Shown here: piece after piece, positions 1-12,290 of the stretch
Position numbering within the stretch: position 1 is the stretch's first letter
How the letters are laid out: every line of letters starts with the position of its first letter
From: Neoechinorhynchus agilis
Lineage: Eukaryota > Animalia > Acanthocephala
DNA length: 64,000 nt
Reading direction: 5' to 3'
Assembly (NCBI GenBank): GCA_051530055.1
Contig: CM121342.1
Location: forward strand, 8,757,480-8,821,479
Notes under the pieces: model-generated
Told to the model about the DNA's origin: nothing
Database searches by the model: none
Seen by the model: only the letters and a program-made list of their open reading frames with translations
Position numbers and translations under genes: made by a program

Positions 1-1499
1 TTTCCGACGGGATAAACGAATTGTGACTCGAATCGTCGTTCATTGAGTCGTAATTCTCGTAGAGAATATCTGCAAGTTTTTTGAAAGGCCCTAAAAACAG
101 GGGTATAGTCGCAAAATCAAATGCACAATTGAGGCTGATAGTCTCTTTTTCAGTCCGTAAAACAACTTTCATTCTCCATGGATTGAGTTTTTCTTTCAAA
201 AAAAGGATCTTGTTAGCAAATTATTTCATTGAGGTCGACGTCTGTATACCATAAGTACATTTTATTTAATTAAAGGGAAAATTAAAATGAAAAACCTAAT
301 CTTTTTTCATTATTTTCAACTTAGATAAATAAATTCGTGCTAGGCTGCCTTTGTGAATGCACACACAAAAAAGCGACATACATCCGTCCGAAAAACGAGG
401 TCAAATAGTAAAAGTTAAGTAAATTTTACAAGATTAAGTGCGTTTGGGGGAAACCGATCGGTGATTTTTCAATGTAAAAAATGAATGTGAAGTTTCCTTC
501 TTCTTTTTTAACCTCAATACCTAACGAAAGTTGGTGGAGTTAAAATATACATTTTTTCATAAATTGCCAGAACATCTAATCGTTAAATTTCCAAACTCGC
601 AAATCTACAGCCAATCGACTAGAATTACCAAAACAAAAAATACGATTTGACACTGCGTAACGCGGTTTTTTTCCTCAAGTTTTATTCAGTTACAAATAAC
701 AGCAGTTTTGTTGTCATAAAATTGATTAGGATTCCAAATCTACGTTTGGAAAGTTCGCAAAAACGAGGTGAGAACGTAAACGAAATATATACTGTTAATA
801 GTGAACAAAAAAGCCAAAGTACCCAAGGGAAAATCATAATTTTGATTTTTAGAACTTCAGTAATAGGATTCCGGAATTTTAGTACGTCGCAAGAAGCATT
901 TTGCTACATGAGAGAAGATTGGCAGTGCTGCGAAACAGTCAATACATTCGTTGCCAATGTTTATCTTGTTGCAAGGCGGGGAATGGCAACAGGTCAGGTG
1001 CTTCAGGGTGGTTGGAGGAGTGCTGCTGAAGCAGACAATTCGTCTCTTCCTCACACAACCGGGACATCAGATTTATTGCACGGACTGATTCGTTTGCGAA
1101 GCTTGTGCACGGGGATGTCTTGTAATTGCTTTTACTGAAATACCCATATGGAAAAGGAGATTAATTTTAGATTCTTAGAAGATGAGGAACCAAAATGAAG
1201 GTTTTTCGAAAAAAATGCAAACAGTCACGACTTTAGAGGTTTTCTAATCTACGCAAAAAGACTGTTCGCGGAAGTTTTTTTATAAGAACCACTAATATAT
1301 GATAGGGTTTTAAATTTAATAACGCTCCTTTTTGACGCTAACTCGGCCAAAGAAAACCAGGGCTCTAAAAAAGGAACGGCTAATAAAAGAAAGGGTTTTT
1401 AGATTCAATAGGGCTCCTAGTTTGCGTAAAATTTGATTCAGACAATCAGAGCACTTAAAATTCATCGTTGATATAAGAAAGGAGCTTTTTTTGTTAAGG

Positions 1500-3907
1500 C
1501 TAATTTTTGGGTATATTTTGCCAATGAAAATAAGGGCTCTCCAAATTCATTGCTAATACAACAAAGGATTTTAAATGTAATAAAGCAACTTTTGGGATTA
1601 ATTCTACCACAGAAAATCAGAGCTCTTTAAATTCTTCGAAGATAAAAAAAGGTTTTTAAATGTAATAAAGCTTCTAGAAAATCAGTGCTCTTTAAATTCT
1701 TGGAAGATAAAAAGGGTTTTTATATGTATTAAAGCCTCTTTTTTAGGTTTGATTCTACCATAATAATCAGGGCTCTTTAAATTATTCGAAGATAAAAAAG
1801 GTTTTTAAATGTAATAAAGCTTCTTTTTTAGGTTAATTCTACCATAGAAAATCAGGGCTCTTTAAATTCTTCGAAGATAAAAAAAGGTTTTTAAATGTAA
1901 TAAAGCTTCGTTTTTGGGTTAATTCCACCATAGAAAATAAGCACTCGCTAAATTCATCGCGGACACAAGAAAATTTTTAAATGTAATAACGACACTTTTT
2001 CGGTTTGATTCCACCATAGGAATCAGGGCTCTTTAAATTATTCGAAGATAAAGAAAGGTTTTTAAATGTAATAAAGCTTCTTTTTTGGGTTGATTCTACC
2101 ATAGAAAATCAGGGCTCTTAATTTTTCGAAGATAAAAAAGGTTTTTAAATGTAATAAAGCTTCTTTTTTGGATTAATTCTACCATAGAAAATCAGTGCTC
2201 TTCTTCGAAGATAAAAAAGGTTTTTATATGTAATAAAGCTTCTTTTTTAGGTTAATTCTACCATAGATAATCCGTGCCCGCTAATTTCATCGCTGACACA
2301 AAATTTTTAAATGTAATAACGACACTTTTTGGATTAATTATATCATAGAAAATCAGAGCTCGTTAAATTCTTCTAAGATAAAAAAGGTTTTTAAATGTAA
2401 TAAAGCTTCCTTTTTGGGTTAATTCTACCATAGAAAATCAGTGCTCTTTAAATTCTTCGAAGATAAAAAAGGTTTTTAAATGTAATAAAGCTTCTTTTTT
2501 GGATTAATTCTACCATAGAAAATCAGTGCTCTTTAAATTCTTCGAAGATAAAAAAGGTTTTTAAATGTAATAAAGCTTCTTTTTTGGATTAATTCTACCA
2601 TAGAAAATCAGTGCTCTTTAAATTCTTCGAAGATAAAAAAGGTTTTTAAATGTAATAAAGCTTCTTTTTTGGATTAATTCTACCATAGAAAATCAGGGCT
2701 CTTTAAATTCTTCGAAGATAAAAAAGGTTTTTAAATGTAATAAAGCTTCTTTTTTGGGTTAATTCTACCATAGAAAATCAGTGCTCTTTAAATTCTTCGA
2801 AGATAAAAAAGGTTTTTATATGTAATAAAGCTTCTTTTTTAGGTTCTACCAAGAAAATAAGAACCGCAATTCATCGCGACAAGAAAATTTTAAATGAATA
2901 CGACACTTTTCGATCACCATAGAATCAGGCTTAAATTATTCAAGATAAAAAAGTTTTTAAAATAATAAAGCTTCTTTTTTGGATTAATTCTACCATAGAA
3001 AATCAGTGCTCTTTAAATTCTTCGAAGATAAAAAAGGTTTTTATATGTAATAAAGCTTCTTTTTTGGATTAATTCTACCATAGATAATCCGTGCCCGCTA
3101 ATTTCATCGCTGACACAAGAAAATTTTTAAATGTAATAACGACACTTTTTGGATTAATTATATCATAGAAAATCAGAGCTCGCTTTTTGGTTTGATTCTA
3201 CCATAATAATCAGGGCTCTTTAAATTATTCGAAGATAAAAAAGGTTTTTAAATGTAATAAAGCTTCTTTTTTGGGTTAATTCTACCATAGAAAATCAGGG
3301 CTCTTTAAATTCTTCGAAGATAAAAAAGGTTTTTAAATGTAATAAAGCTTCTTTTTTGGATTAATTCTACCATAGAAAATCAGTGCTCTTTAAATTCTTC
3401 GAAGATAAAAAAGGTTTTTAAATGTAATAAAGCTTCTTTTTTAGGTTAATTCTACCATAGAAAATCAGTGCTCTTTAATTCTCGGAAAATTTTCAAGATA
3501 AAAAAGGTTTTTAAATGTAATAAAGCTTTTTTGGTTAATTCTACCATAGAAAATCAGTGCTCTTTAAATTCTTCGAAGATAAAAAAGGTTTTTAAATGTA
3601 ATAAAGCTTCTTTTTTGGATTCATTCTACCATAGAAAATCAGTGCTCTTTAAATTCTTGGAAGATAAAAAGGGTTTTTATATGTATTAAAGCTTCTTTTT
3701 TGGATTAATTCTACCATAGAAAATCAGGGCTCTTTAAATTCTTCGAAGATAAAAAAAGGTTTTTAAATGTAATAAAGCTTCTTTTTTAGGTTAATTCTAC
3801 CATAGAAAATCAGGGCTCTTTAAATTCTTCGAAGATAAAAAAAGGTTTTTAAATGTAATAAAGCTTCGTTTTTGGGTTAATTCCACCATAGAAAATAAGA
3901 ACTCGCT
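1500..3907. repeat. Satellite array 1, 85-bp monomer (~27 copies, two monomer subtypes)
   Basis: The motif AGATAAAAAAGG recurs at 2461, 2546 and 2631 (period 85). The major monomer contains AAAGCTTC (HindIII). A variant monomer (GCACTCGCTAAATTCATCGC...GACAC) is interspersed near 1935, 2270, 2855, 3085 and 3895. Degenerate remnants extend to ~4150. Confidence 0.97.
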
Positions 3908-4890
3908 GATTGTTTTCGGAGGAAAATTTCTAGTAAGCTCCGAAAACAATCGCTAAAGAAGATCCGAGATAGTGGATCGAAATATCCAATAAAATCTTAA
4001 TTTCATTTATCTCTCCTATTAACAAATAACGATGAATTATCTTTTCAACAAGAAAATTTTTAAATGTAATAAAGCTTCTTTTTCGGTTTAATTCTACCAT
4101 AGAAAATGAGGGCTCGTTAATTTCATCGCTGATAAAAAGAAATGTTTTTTAATTGAATAACTCTTTTCGCCTATGAAGTGACGGCACAAAAGTTGGGTTT
4201 ATTTTCTTTTCGCAAAAAACATCAACAGTGACGTAGTTGATTTTTTAAATTATGCGCAAAGTTCATGCTCATTAAAAGGTTTTTGTGCTGCAGAAGCAAG
4301 ATTGATGGGGCCCTCAGTACGAATTTAAAAATGTGCCTAATTCATCGATCACAACCGGTATTCTAAGCGCTATTCACGGATCATTGTTCGACCGAAGAAC
4401 TCATAGTTTTGTTTATTTTGTCCAAATCAGTGAACGAGAAAATAGATACACAAATCAACTAAAGGACAAATTGAACACCAAAAAGTCTCTCCGTGACTTC
4501 GCCGCAGTGTTTTTAAACGCTCATGACGTCACTTATGTAACCTTGCGCGCACACGGAAGAATCGACAACGAATGCTCGGGATATTTTTCATTCGCTCATT
4601 CGATGATATTGTCCCGTTCTCTGAAACGCGTACACGAATGTACTAGGTTCATTTTTACGTGCCCGTTCAATTTTTTGAACACATTTTCACTAATGAAAAA
4701 GTCTGCATAAGCATCTTTTGATGTGGTATTCTGCCGATTAGATGAGTATTGATAAGCCTAAAATAACGAGTGTTGATTTGTGCTCTATAACGAAAATCGA
4801 TAATGGCATCGTTCGCCATTGTATAAAAAATCAATAAGTTATTCACATACAAATAATGCGCGCCCGCGTTTGTGATGGCAGTTCACCGAC

Positions 4891-6720
4891 ATGCGCAATT
4901 TTCGTTGTAACGAAAAAAGCGTTGTTTCTGGTGATTTCCTATCGAGACCTCCCGATCATCCTGATGATCGTGGAGGTTTGGATGTCGGTGGTTCGCTAAG
5001 CTCTAACAACTTGCGAATTCCAATGTCCTTGGAGAAGCGAGAGCAGTTGCTCTCTGATCTCCTGGTAAACAATTCCCAGTTGACATCGACAAAGCAACAA
5101 ATTCCAAAATACTCTACCGACAAAAAGATGGCCTTTCATATCCATTTTTAAAACCAAACTTATCCTACCCAAACAAATTATGTACGACCAAGCAGTAAGT
5201 CCGTGGACTCGTACCTTCAAGAACGATGGTATTAAAAGGATCGATCACATATTACGCCGGCACTCTACGAATCTACCTGACTTCACACAATTGGTTGGAT
5301 CACCTTGTCAAGTTTTCGAAATCTAACCTCCCTAAAGAAGTCTACGATATTACGTCCAGTTCTCAAAAAGTTCAATTTCTGGTTAAAGGTGTTGAACCTT
5401 CTCTCAGCAAACAAGAACGGAACGAGTTCGAACAAACTTTTGGATGCAATGTAAAGTTCTAAACTCAAGAAGGACGGGCCAACCTATTCCTATTGCCATG
5501 GTAGAAGGACAATGGAATGTGCGTGATGACTTATGTTCTCAACAATTTTGCCCCTTCAACTGCTTCGAAATTAACTTCGTGATGAAATAAAACTATGAGC
5601 AAGATGATTTCATCTTTCCGCAATGCAATATCTGTCAGCATTGGGGCCATTAGTGCCAACACTGCCCCAATCCTTCTCACAAAAAATGTTGTCACTGTAG
5701 GGATTCCTCTCACGGTTCAGATCAATGTACCAGTTCAAATAAACATTGCCCAAATTGTCAAGGACAGCATTCGTCTTTTTACAGAGGATGCCCAGAATTC
5801 AAAAATTACTGGGCCTGGGCTCAGAATTCTCGTATTAACGCCGTGGAAAAAAGGAAAAGGCTCATTACTACAACTAAGCAAGTAGCGCCTAAACTCAATT
5901 CATTGCTTCCAACACCCTCCTTTCGACAAGACGCCAACTCTAACTTCTCAGGATTTTCCGGTAACGTGCCCTCTACTCAAGTGGTAACCATGGAGGTGTT
6001 AGAGAGCAAATTAGATGAAGCTTGTAACAAGATTCTAATGATTATGCAAGCTCGTTTTACGGAGGCAATGCTGGCTTTTCTGCCCTTGCAGAGGTTTACT
6101 CCAATTTTTCCTGTTCTAACCAGCCCATGCGAGCCATTCTTGCCGTGGACATTTCTCAAGCTTTTGATAAGATTTCTCTTTCTTTTATTGTTGAAATGCT
6201 TGAATTTTTCAGTCTACCTCACAATTTAATTACACGTATCCACAATATTTTATTTACAAAATCTTTTTACTACGAAGACGACGCCTCAAAGACACTTTAC
6301 TACCCGTCCAATGGTGTTCCGCAGGGGTCGCCTCTGTCACCTATTCTTTTCCTTATGGCATCACAATACTTGATTCAGAATTTTAAAGTTCGGGCCTCGC
6401 TCACCTGCTACGCGGATGATTTTACTTTTGTCATCTCCACCCACGAGATTAGTTTTGAATAAAATGAAAAAAATGCTCACTTTAGAATCGAAAAAGACGA
6501 AGCGCGCCGTTACTCTCGGATTAAACGCTAATCAATGCCAAACTATTTACAAAAGCTGGAGCATTCCTGGCCTGGTCTTTTTTCTCGAGGTAGCCCCCCG
6601 GAACAAAAGGCTTTAATCATCAAAACGTTCTGTGATAACCTTAATACCCTGTCTTTCTCCTGGGGCGGAGAATTGAGAATCTTCTGCAACAGTAGACTTA
6701 TGAGATGGTCTAGTTGAACG
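4891..6720 (+). mobile_element. Decayed non-LTR retrotransposon (Jockey/I-group-like): gag-like ORF1 with three zinc knuckles joined to an RT core, endonuclease region missing
   Basis: ~5625-5800 translates to QCNICQHWGH*CQHC..KCCHCRDSSHGSDQC..HCPNCQGQHSSFYRGC. 6127-6462 has AVDISQAFD, GVPQGSPLSPILF and YADD. Multiple stops and frameshifts. Confidence 0.88.
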
Positions 6721-6817
6721 ATACTGATTAGTTGTTTTGGTTTTTTCTCTCATACTGCCACATGATGAATAAATCTGTATTATTATTGTGATGGCTCAAA
6801 CAATTTTCGACAAAAAA

Positions 6818-7351
6818 ATGCGCAATTTTCGTAACAATGAAAAGTGCGTGCCAACAACAACTGAGATTTCGAGAGAACCTTATCCTCCTGATGACCGTCG
6901 AGGAACAGGGGTGGAGGACACTCGTCCAACCAACTTCTCGATGAGGATTCCGATATCCTCAAAGGCAAGAGAGCAGCTGCTGTCAAACCTCAACCCATCA
7001 TATGTCAATCCTCTCTTTAACCAGAGTGGAATGTGTGGTAAGGAAATGATACCTACCCAAATGCAAAACCTATCTTCATCAGAGGAATATCAGCAGACTT
7101 CAAGCAACGACTATAATCGTACACAATACAACTACATTGATAGATCAATCAAAAAAGAGAATTATGTATCCAAAATCACAGCAATACCAATAGCATCTAA
7201 AGAAGAGACGTGTGGTAATTTCCTCATACCTTGGTTGGATGCAAAAAAGGAGATCGAGTACTACGAATCAAGACGACATCATTTTGGAATGGAACACTCA
7301 AAACTATTTTCACGAATAAAATCGATATGGATCATTTTGAAATCTTCATAA
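6818..7351 (+). mobile_element. Diverged 5' fragment of the same LINE ORF1 family
   Basis: MRNFRNNEK..PPDDR..RIPISSKAREQLLSNL aligns with MRNFRCNEK..HPDDR..RIPMSLEKREQLLSDL at 4891. Both start ATGCGCAATTTTCGT. Confidence 0.8.
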
Positions 7352-7599
7352 AAAACCGTTTCAACTCGACATAATTCGCTTGCGGATTTGATAAAAGGAA
7401 TTAAATCAATCTGAGACAATACAATATTTTTGTCCAAAAGTGCATCGAGATATAAAGATCAACGCTAGAAAGAAAATATCTCACGGATTTTTTAAAAATC
7501 TACGAACAAATAGAGAGCAAGAAACACAAAATATATTTTCATTATCAACAAGTATTTGTAGCTAGCAAATATTTATCAGAACGCGAATAATGGTTAAAA

Positions 7600-10500
7600 C
7601 GCTAGGTGGTAACATCGCCTATCACTCATTCGATATAACTCTTTGCTTTCAAAGCTTGAGTAATCGAACGTAGCTCAGCATTTCTTAACTTGTAATTTGA
7701 GTTTTTTAGGGCTTATTAAAAACAACGACATCGATGCAGATATTTTATATGACCGTTCAATGAGTTTAGATCAATGCAAAGGATAACAGGCTAAGTTTTA
7801 TTTTCTGAACGCACTTTTTTTCCTGTGATTAACAGATTCTTGGTGGTAACTTCTTCTATCACTGATTTGATACAACTCTTTGCTTCCAAAGCTTGAGTAA
7901 TCGAACGTAGCTCAGCATTTCTTAACTTGTAATTTGAGCTTTGTTTAGGGCTTATTAAAAACAAGGACATAGATGCAGATATTTTATATGACCGTGGAAT
8001 GAGTTTAGATCAATGCAAAGGATAACAGGCTAAGTTTTATTTTCTGAACGCATTTTTTTCTTGTCATTAATAGATTCTTGATAGTAACTTCTTCTATCAC
8101 TGATTCGATATAACTCTTTGCTTTCAAAGCTTGAGTTTTCGAACGCAGCTCAGCATTTCTTAACTTGTAATTTGAGTTTTTTAGGGCTTATTAAAAACAA
8201 GGACTTAGATGCAGATATTTTATATGACCGTGGAATGAGTTTAGATCAATGGAAAGGATAGCCGGCTAAGTTTAATTTTCTGAACGCACTTTTTTCCTGT
8301 CATTAATTGATTCTTGGTGGTAACTTCTATCACTGATTCGACATAACTCTTTGCTTTCTAAGTTTGAGTAATCGAACGTAGCTCAGCATTTCTTGACTTG
8401 TAATTTCTGCCCTTTTTAGGGCTTATTAAAAACAAGGACTTAGATGCAGATATTTTATATGACCGTGGAATGAGTTTAGATCAATGAAGGATAACAGGCT
8501 AAGTTTATTTTCTGAACGCACTTTTTTCCTGTGATTAACAGATTCTTGGTGGTAACTTCTTCTACACAAAAACCCCGCTCAGCATTTCTTAACTTGTAAT
8601 TTGAGTTTTTTAGGGCTTATTAAAAACAAGGACTTAGATGCAGATATTTTATATGACCGTGGAATGAGTTTAGATCAATGCAAAGGATAACAGGCTAAGT
8701 TTTATTTTCTGAACGCACTTTTTTCCTGTGATTAACAGATTCTTGGTGGTAACTTCTTCTATCACTGATTTGATATAACTCTTTGCTTTCAAAGCTTGAG
8801 TAATCGAACGTAGCTCAGCATTTCTTAACTTGTAATTTGAGCTTTTTTTAGGGCTTATTAAAAACAAGGACATAGATGCAGATATTTTATATGACCGTGG
8901 AATGAGTTTAGATCAATGCAAAGGATAACAGGCTAAGTTTAATTTTCTGAACGCACTTTTTTTCCTGTGATTAACAGATTCTTGGTGGTAACTTCTTCTA
9001 TCACTGATTCGATATAACTCTTTGCTTTCTAAGCTTGAGTAATCGAACGTAGCTCAGCATTTCTTAACTTGTAATTTTAGCCTTTTTAGGGCTTATTAAA
9101 AACAAGGACTTAGATGCAGATATTTTATATGACCGTGGAATGAGTTTAGATCAATGCAAAGGATAACAGGCTAAGTTTAATTTTCTGAACGCACTTTTTT
9201 CCTGTCATTAATAGATTCTTGGTGGTAACTTCTTCTATCACTGATTCGATATAACTCTTTGCTTTCTAAGCTTGAGTAATCGAACGTAGCTCAGCATTTC
9301 TTAACTTGTAATTTTAGCCTTTTTTAGGGCTTATTAAAAACAAGGACTTAGATGCAGATATTTTATATGACCGTGGAATGAGTTTAGATCAATGCAAAGG
9401 ATTACAGGCTAAGTTTAATTTTCTGAACGCACTTTTTTCTTGTCATTAATAGATTCTTGGTAGTAACTTCTTCTATCACTGATTCGATATAACTCTTTGC
9501 TTTCTAAGCTTGAGTAATCGAACGTAGCTCAGCATTTCTTAACTTGTAATTTTAGCCTTTTTTAGGGCTTATTAAAAACAAGGACTTAGATGCAGATATT
9601 TTATATGACCGTTGAATGAGTTTAGATCAATGCAAAGGATAACAGGCTAAGTTTAATTTTCTGAACGCACTTTTTTCCTGTGATTAACAGATTCTTGGTG
9701 GTAACTTCTTCTATCACTGATTTGATATAACTCTTTGCTTTCTAAGCTTGAGTAATCGAACGCTGCTCAGCATTTCTTAACTTGTAATTTGAGCTTTTTT
9801 TAGGGCTTATCCAAAAACAACGACATAGATGCAGATATTTTATATGACCGTGGAATGAGTTTAGATCAATGCAAAGGATTACAGGCTACGTTTGATTTTC
9901 TGAACGCACTTTTTTTCCTGTCATTAATAGATTCTTGGTGGTAACTTCTTCTATTACTGATTTGATATAACTCTTTGCTTTCAAAGCTTGAGTAATCGAA
10001 CGTTGCTCAGCATTTCTTAACTTGTAATTTCAGCCTTTTTTAGGGCTTATTTAAAACAAGGACTTAGATGCAGATATTTTATATGACCGTGGAATGAGTT
10101 TAGATCAATGCAAAGGATTACAGGCTAAGTTTGATTTTCTGAACGCACTTTTTTTCCTGTCATTAATAGATTCTTGGTGGTAACTTCTTCTATTACTGAT
10201 TTGATATAACTCTTTGCTTTCAAAGCTTGAGTAATCGAACGTAGCTCAGCATTCTTAATTCAAAGCTTGAGTAATCGAACGTAGCTCAGCATTTCTTAAC
10301 TTGTAATTTGAGCTTTTTTTAGGGCTTATTAAAAACAAGGACTTAGATGCAGATATTTTATATGACCGTGGAATGAGTTTAGATCAATGAATAGGATAAC
10401 AGGCTAAGTTTAAATTTCTGAACGCACTTTTTTTCCTGTGATTAACAGATTCTTGGTGGTAACTTCTTCTATCACTGATTCGATATAACTCTTTGCTTTC

Positions 10501-10750
10501 ACAGTTTGAGTAATCGAACGTAGCTCAGCATTTCTTAACTTGTAATTTCAGCCTTTTTTAGGCCTTATCCAAAAACAACGACATATATGCAGATATTTTA
10601 TATGACCGTTGAATGAGTTTAGATCAATGCAAAGGATTACAGGCTAAGTTTTAGTTTCTGAACGCACTTTTTTTCCTGTCATCAATAGATTCTTGGTGGT
10701 AACTTCTTCTATCACTGATTCGATATAACTCTTTGCTTTCAAAGCTTGAG
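7600..10750. repeat. Satellite array 2, ~238-240-bp monomer (~13 copies)
   Basis: The GACCGT motif recurs at 9131, 9369, 9607, 9846 and 10085. Monomers are highly similar. There is a ~40-bp local duplication at ~10221-10300. Confidence 0.97.
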
Positions 10751-12290
10751 TGTCCTGTCGGTTTCTCTCTTGCCGTCAACCGGATCGCTCATTCGCTCCA
10801 ATCCATGTTTAATGCTTGGTATTTGGACGATGCAACACTCGGTGGGTCTCCCTCCGTGGTGTTGCGAGATTTGGAGGTCGTCATGAGGGAAGCTGCCAAG
10901 CTCGGTGTTGAGCTTAATACCTCGAAATGTGAGCTGTTTGTGATGAATGCAGAAAACGCCGCTAGTCAAACTGAGATCCTCAACAACTTTACGCAGCTAG
11001 CACCTAACATCAAAATAATTTCGCGTGCTCAACTGTCTCTTTTGGGTAGCTGCGTTTTTAATGAAAATATACCTCAAGGGATCCTCCAAATAGCGCCGAG
11101 AGACGAATTGCTCTGCGAGCGTACGAAGGAACTTCCATCCCATCAGGCATTATTTTTAATAAAGAGTGCCCTGTTCCTTCCGAAGTTGCGTACAGCGCCG
11201 TTCTTCAAACATCGACACTCCTTGAGGGGGTTTAAATATCCAACTGTCGGATGAGGCATGGAGACAAGCTTCCTTGCCTGTATCTTCCGGCAGTTTGGGT
11301 ATTCGAAAAACAGCCGATGTTGCAATTAAGGCCTTTTTAGGTTCCTATGAGAGCAGCCGAAAGTTGGTAGCTAAATTGCTCGAAAAAGAGTTTTTACTTG
11401 ATGAAAATTTTAAAGAGGCGGTCTTCGAATTTTGTCGCATTACGCAGTGCGATGAAGTTACTTTGAGAGGCAAGAGACAGTCAGTTTGGGGTAAACCTTT
11501 AATCACTCGAGTTCATGGCTCAATGCTTTCCGACGCGCGTGATGAGGTGACCCGAGCTCGATTGTTGGCGGTCTCTTCGAAGGAATCTGGTGCCTGGCTG
11601 AACGCCGTTCCGATTCCTTCTCTCGGAAATTCACTCAGAGACGAAACAGTAAAGATCGGATTGTCCTTACGACTAGGTCTCCCGATTTGTGCCCCACACT
11701 ACTGTCGTTGTGGGGCCCTTGTGGATTCTTTGGGTAGACACGGTTTCGTTTGTCGCCAGTCCGGTGGCAGGTATGCTCGCCACGCTGAGATTAACTCGGT
11801 TATTAGTCGGGCCTTAAACACGATACACGCACCGAATCTGCTCGAACCGAGTCACCTCTGCAGACTCGACGGTCGAAGACCGGATGGGTTAACAGTGTTC
11901 CCGTGGCGAGAAGGGAAATCCCTTCTCTGGGACGCTACTTGTGTGGACACCCTTGCTCTGTCCAATCTAAGACATTCCTCAAGGCGCGAAGGAGGTGCTG
12001 CAATTGCTGTAGAGGAACGCAGGTGCGGGAAGTACGCGGAGCTCTTGAGAGCGCATCACTTCGTCCCTTTCGGCGTTGAGACGCTCGGTGCCTTCGGTGC
12101 TGAGGCCAAGAACTTTACGGCGGATCTTTCAAGGAAGATGAGGATCGCAACCGGAGACCCAAGAGCAGGAACGTTCTTCCTGCAAAACATAGGTCTCGCG
12201 ATCCAGCGCGGCAACGCTGCAAGTGTCCTTGCGACGGTTCGGAGTGGTGAAGAGATGGATCTGGGAGGCTCGTAGATACATGAGACTTGA
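10750..12290 (+). mobile_element. 5'-truncated CRE-clade non-LTR retrotransposon (RT C-half plus restriction-like endonuclease)
   Basis: WYLDDATLGG (RT), HQALFLIK..LPKL, SKESGAWL, zinc motif CRCG..GRHGFVC, RRPDGLT.FPW.EGK.L.WDATCVDTLA and LAIQRGNAA. There is a deletion/frameshift near 11230-11250. Confidence 0.93.

Noticed and set aside
647-1138. 163-aa ORF with a GC-richer 3' half
   Set aside because: Non-ATG start, no recognisable motif in any frame and no second copy in the window.
2835-2965. Apparently novel shortened satellite-1 monomers
   Set aside because: They match normal monomers with many scattered 1-3-nt deletions, the signature of poorly polished long-read consensus (similar glitches near 3470-3530 and 8560-8580). 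Some frameshifts elsewhere in the window may also be sequencing errors.
8680-8700. GGATAACAGGCT in each satellite-2 monomer resembles a conserved LSU rRNA segment, and TAGCTCAG resembles a tRNA A-box
   Set aside because: The matches are only 8-12 nt, with no flanking rRNA similarity, B-box or cloverleaf.
10733-10750. ORF start suggesting a satellite-CRE fusion protein
   Set aside because: It is a TTG start inside the satellite that happens to be in frame, and the element has a downstream frameshift.
1500-10750. CRISPR-like or functional repeat-spacer array
   Set aside because: The units are contiguous tandem monomers with no unique spacers, in a eukaryotic context.
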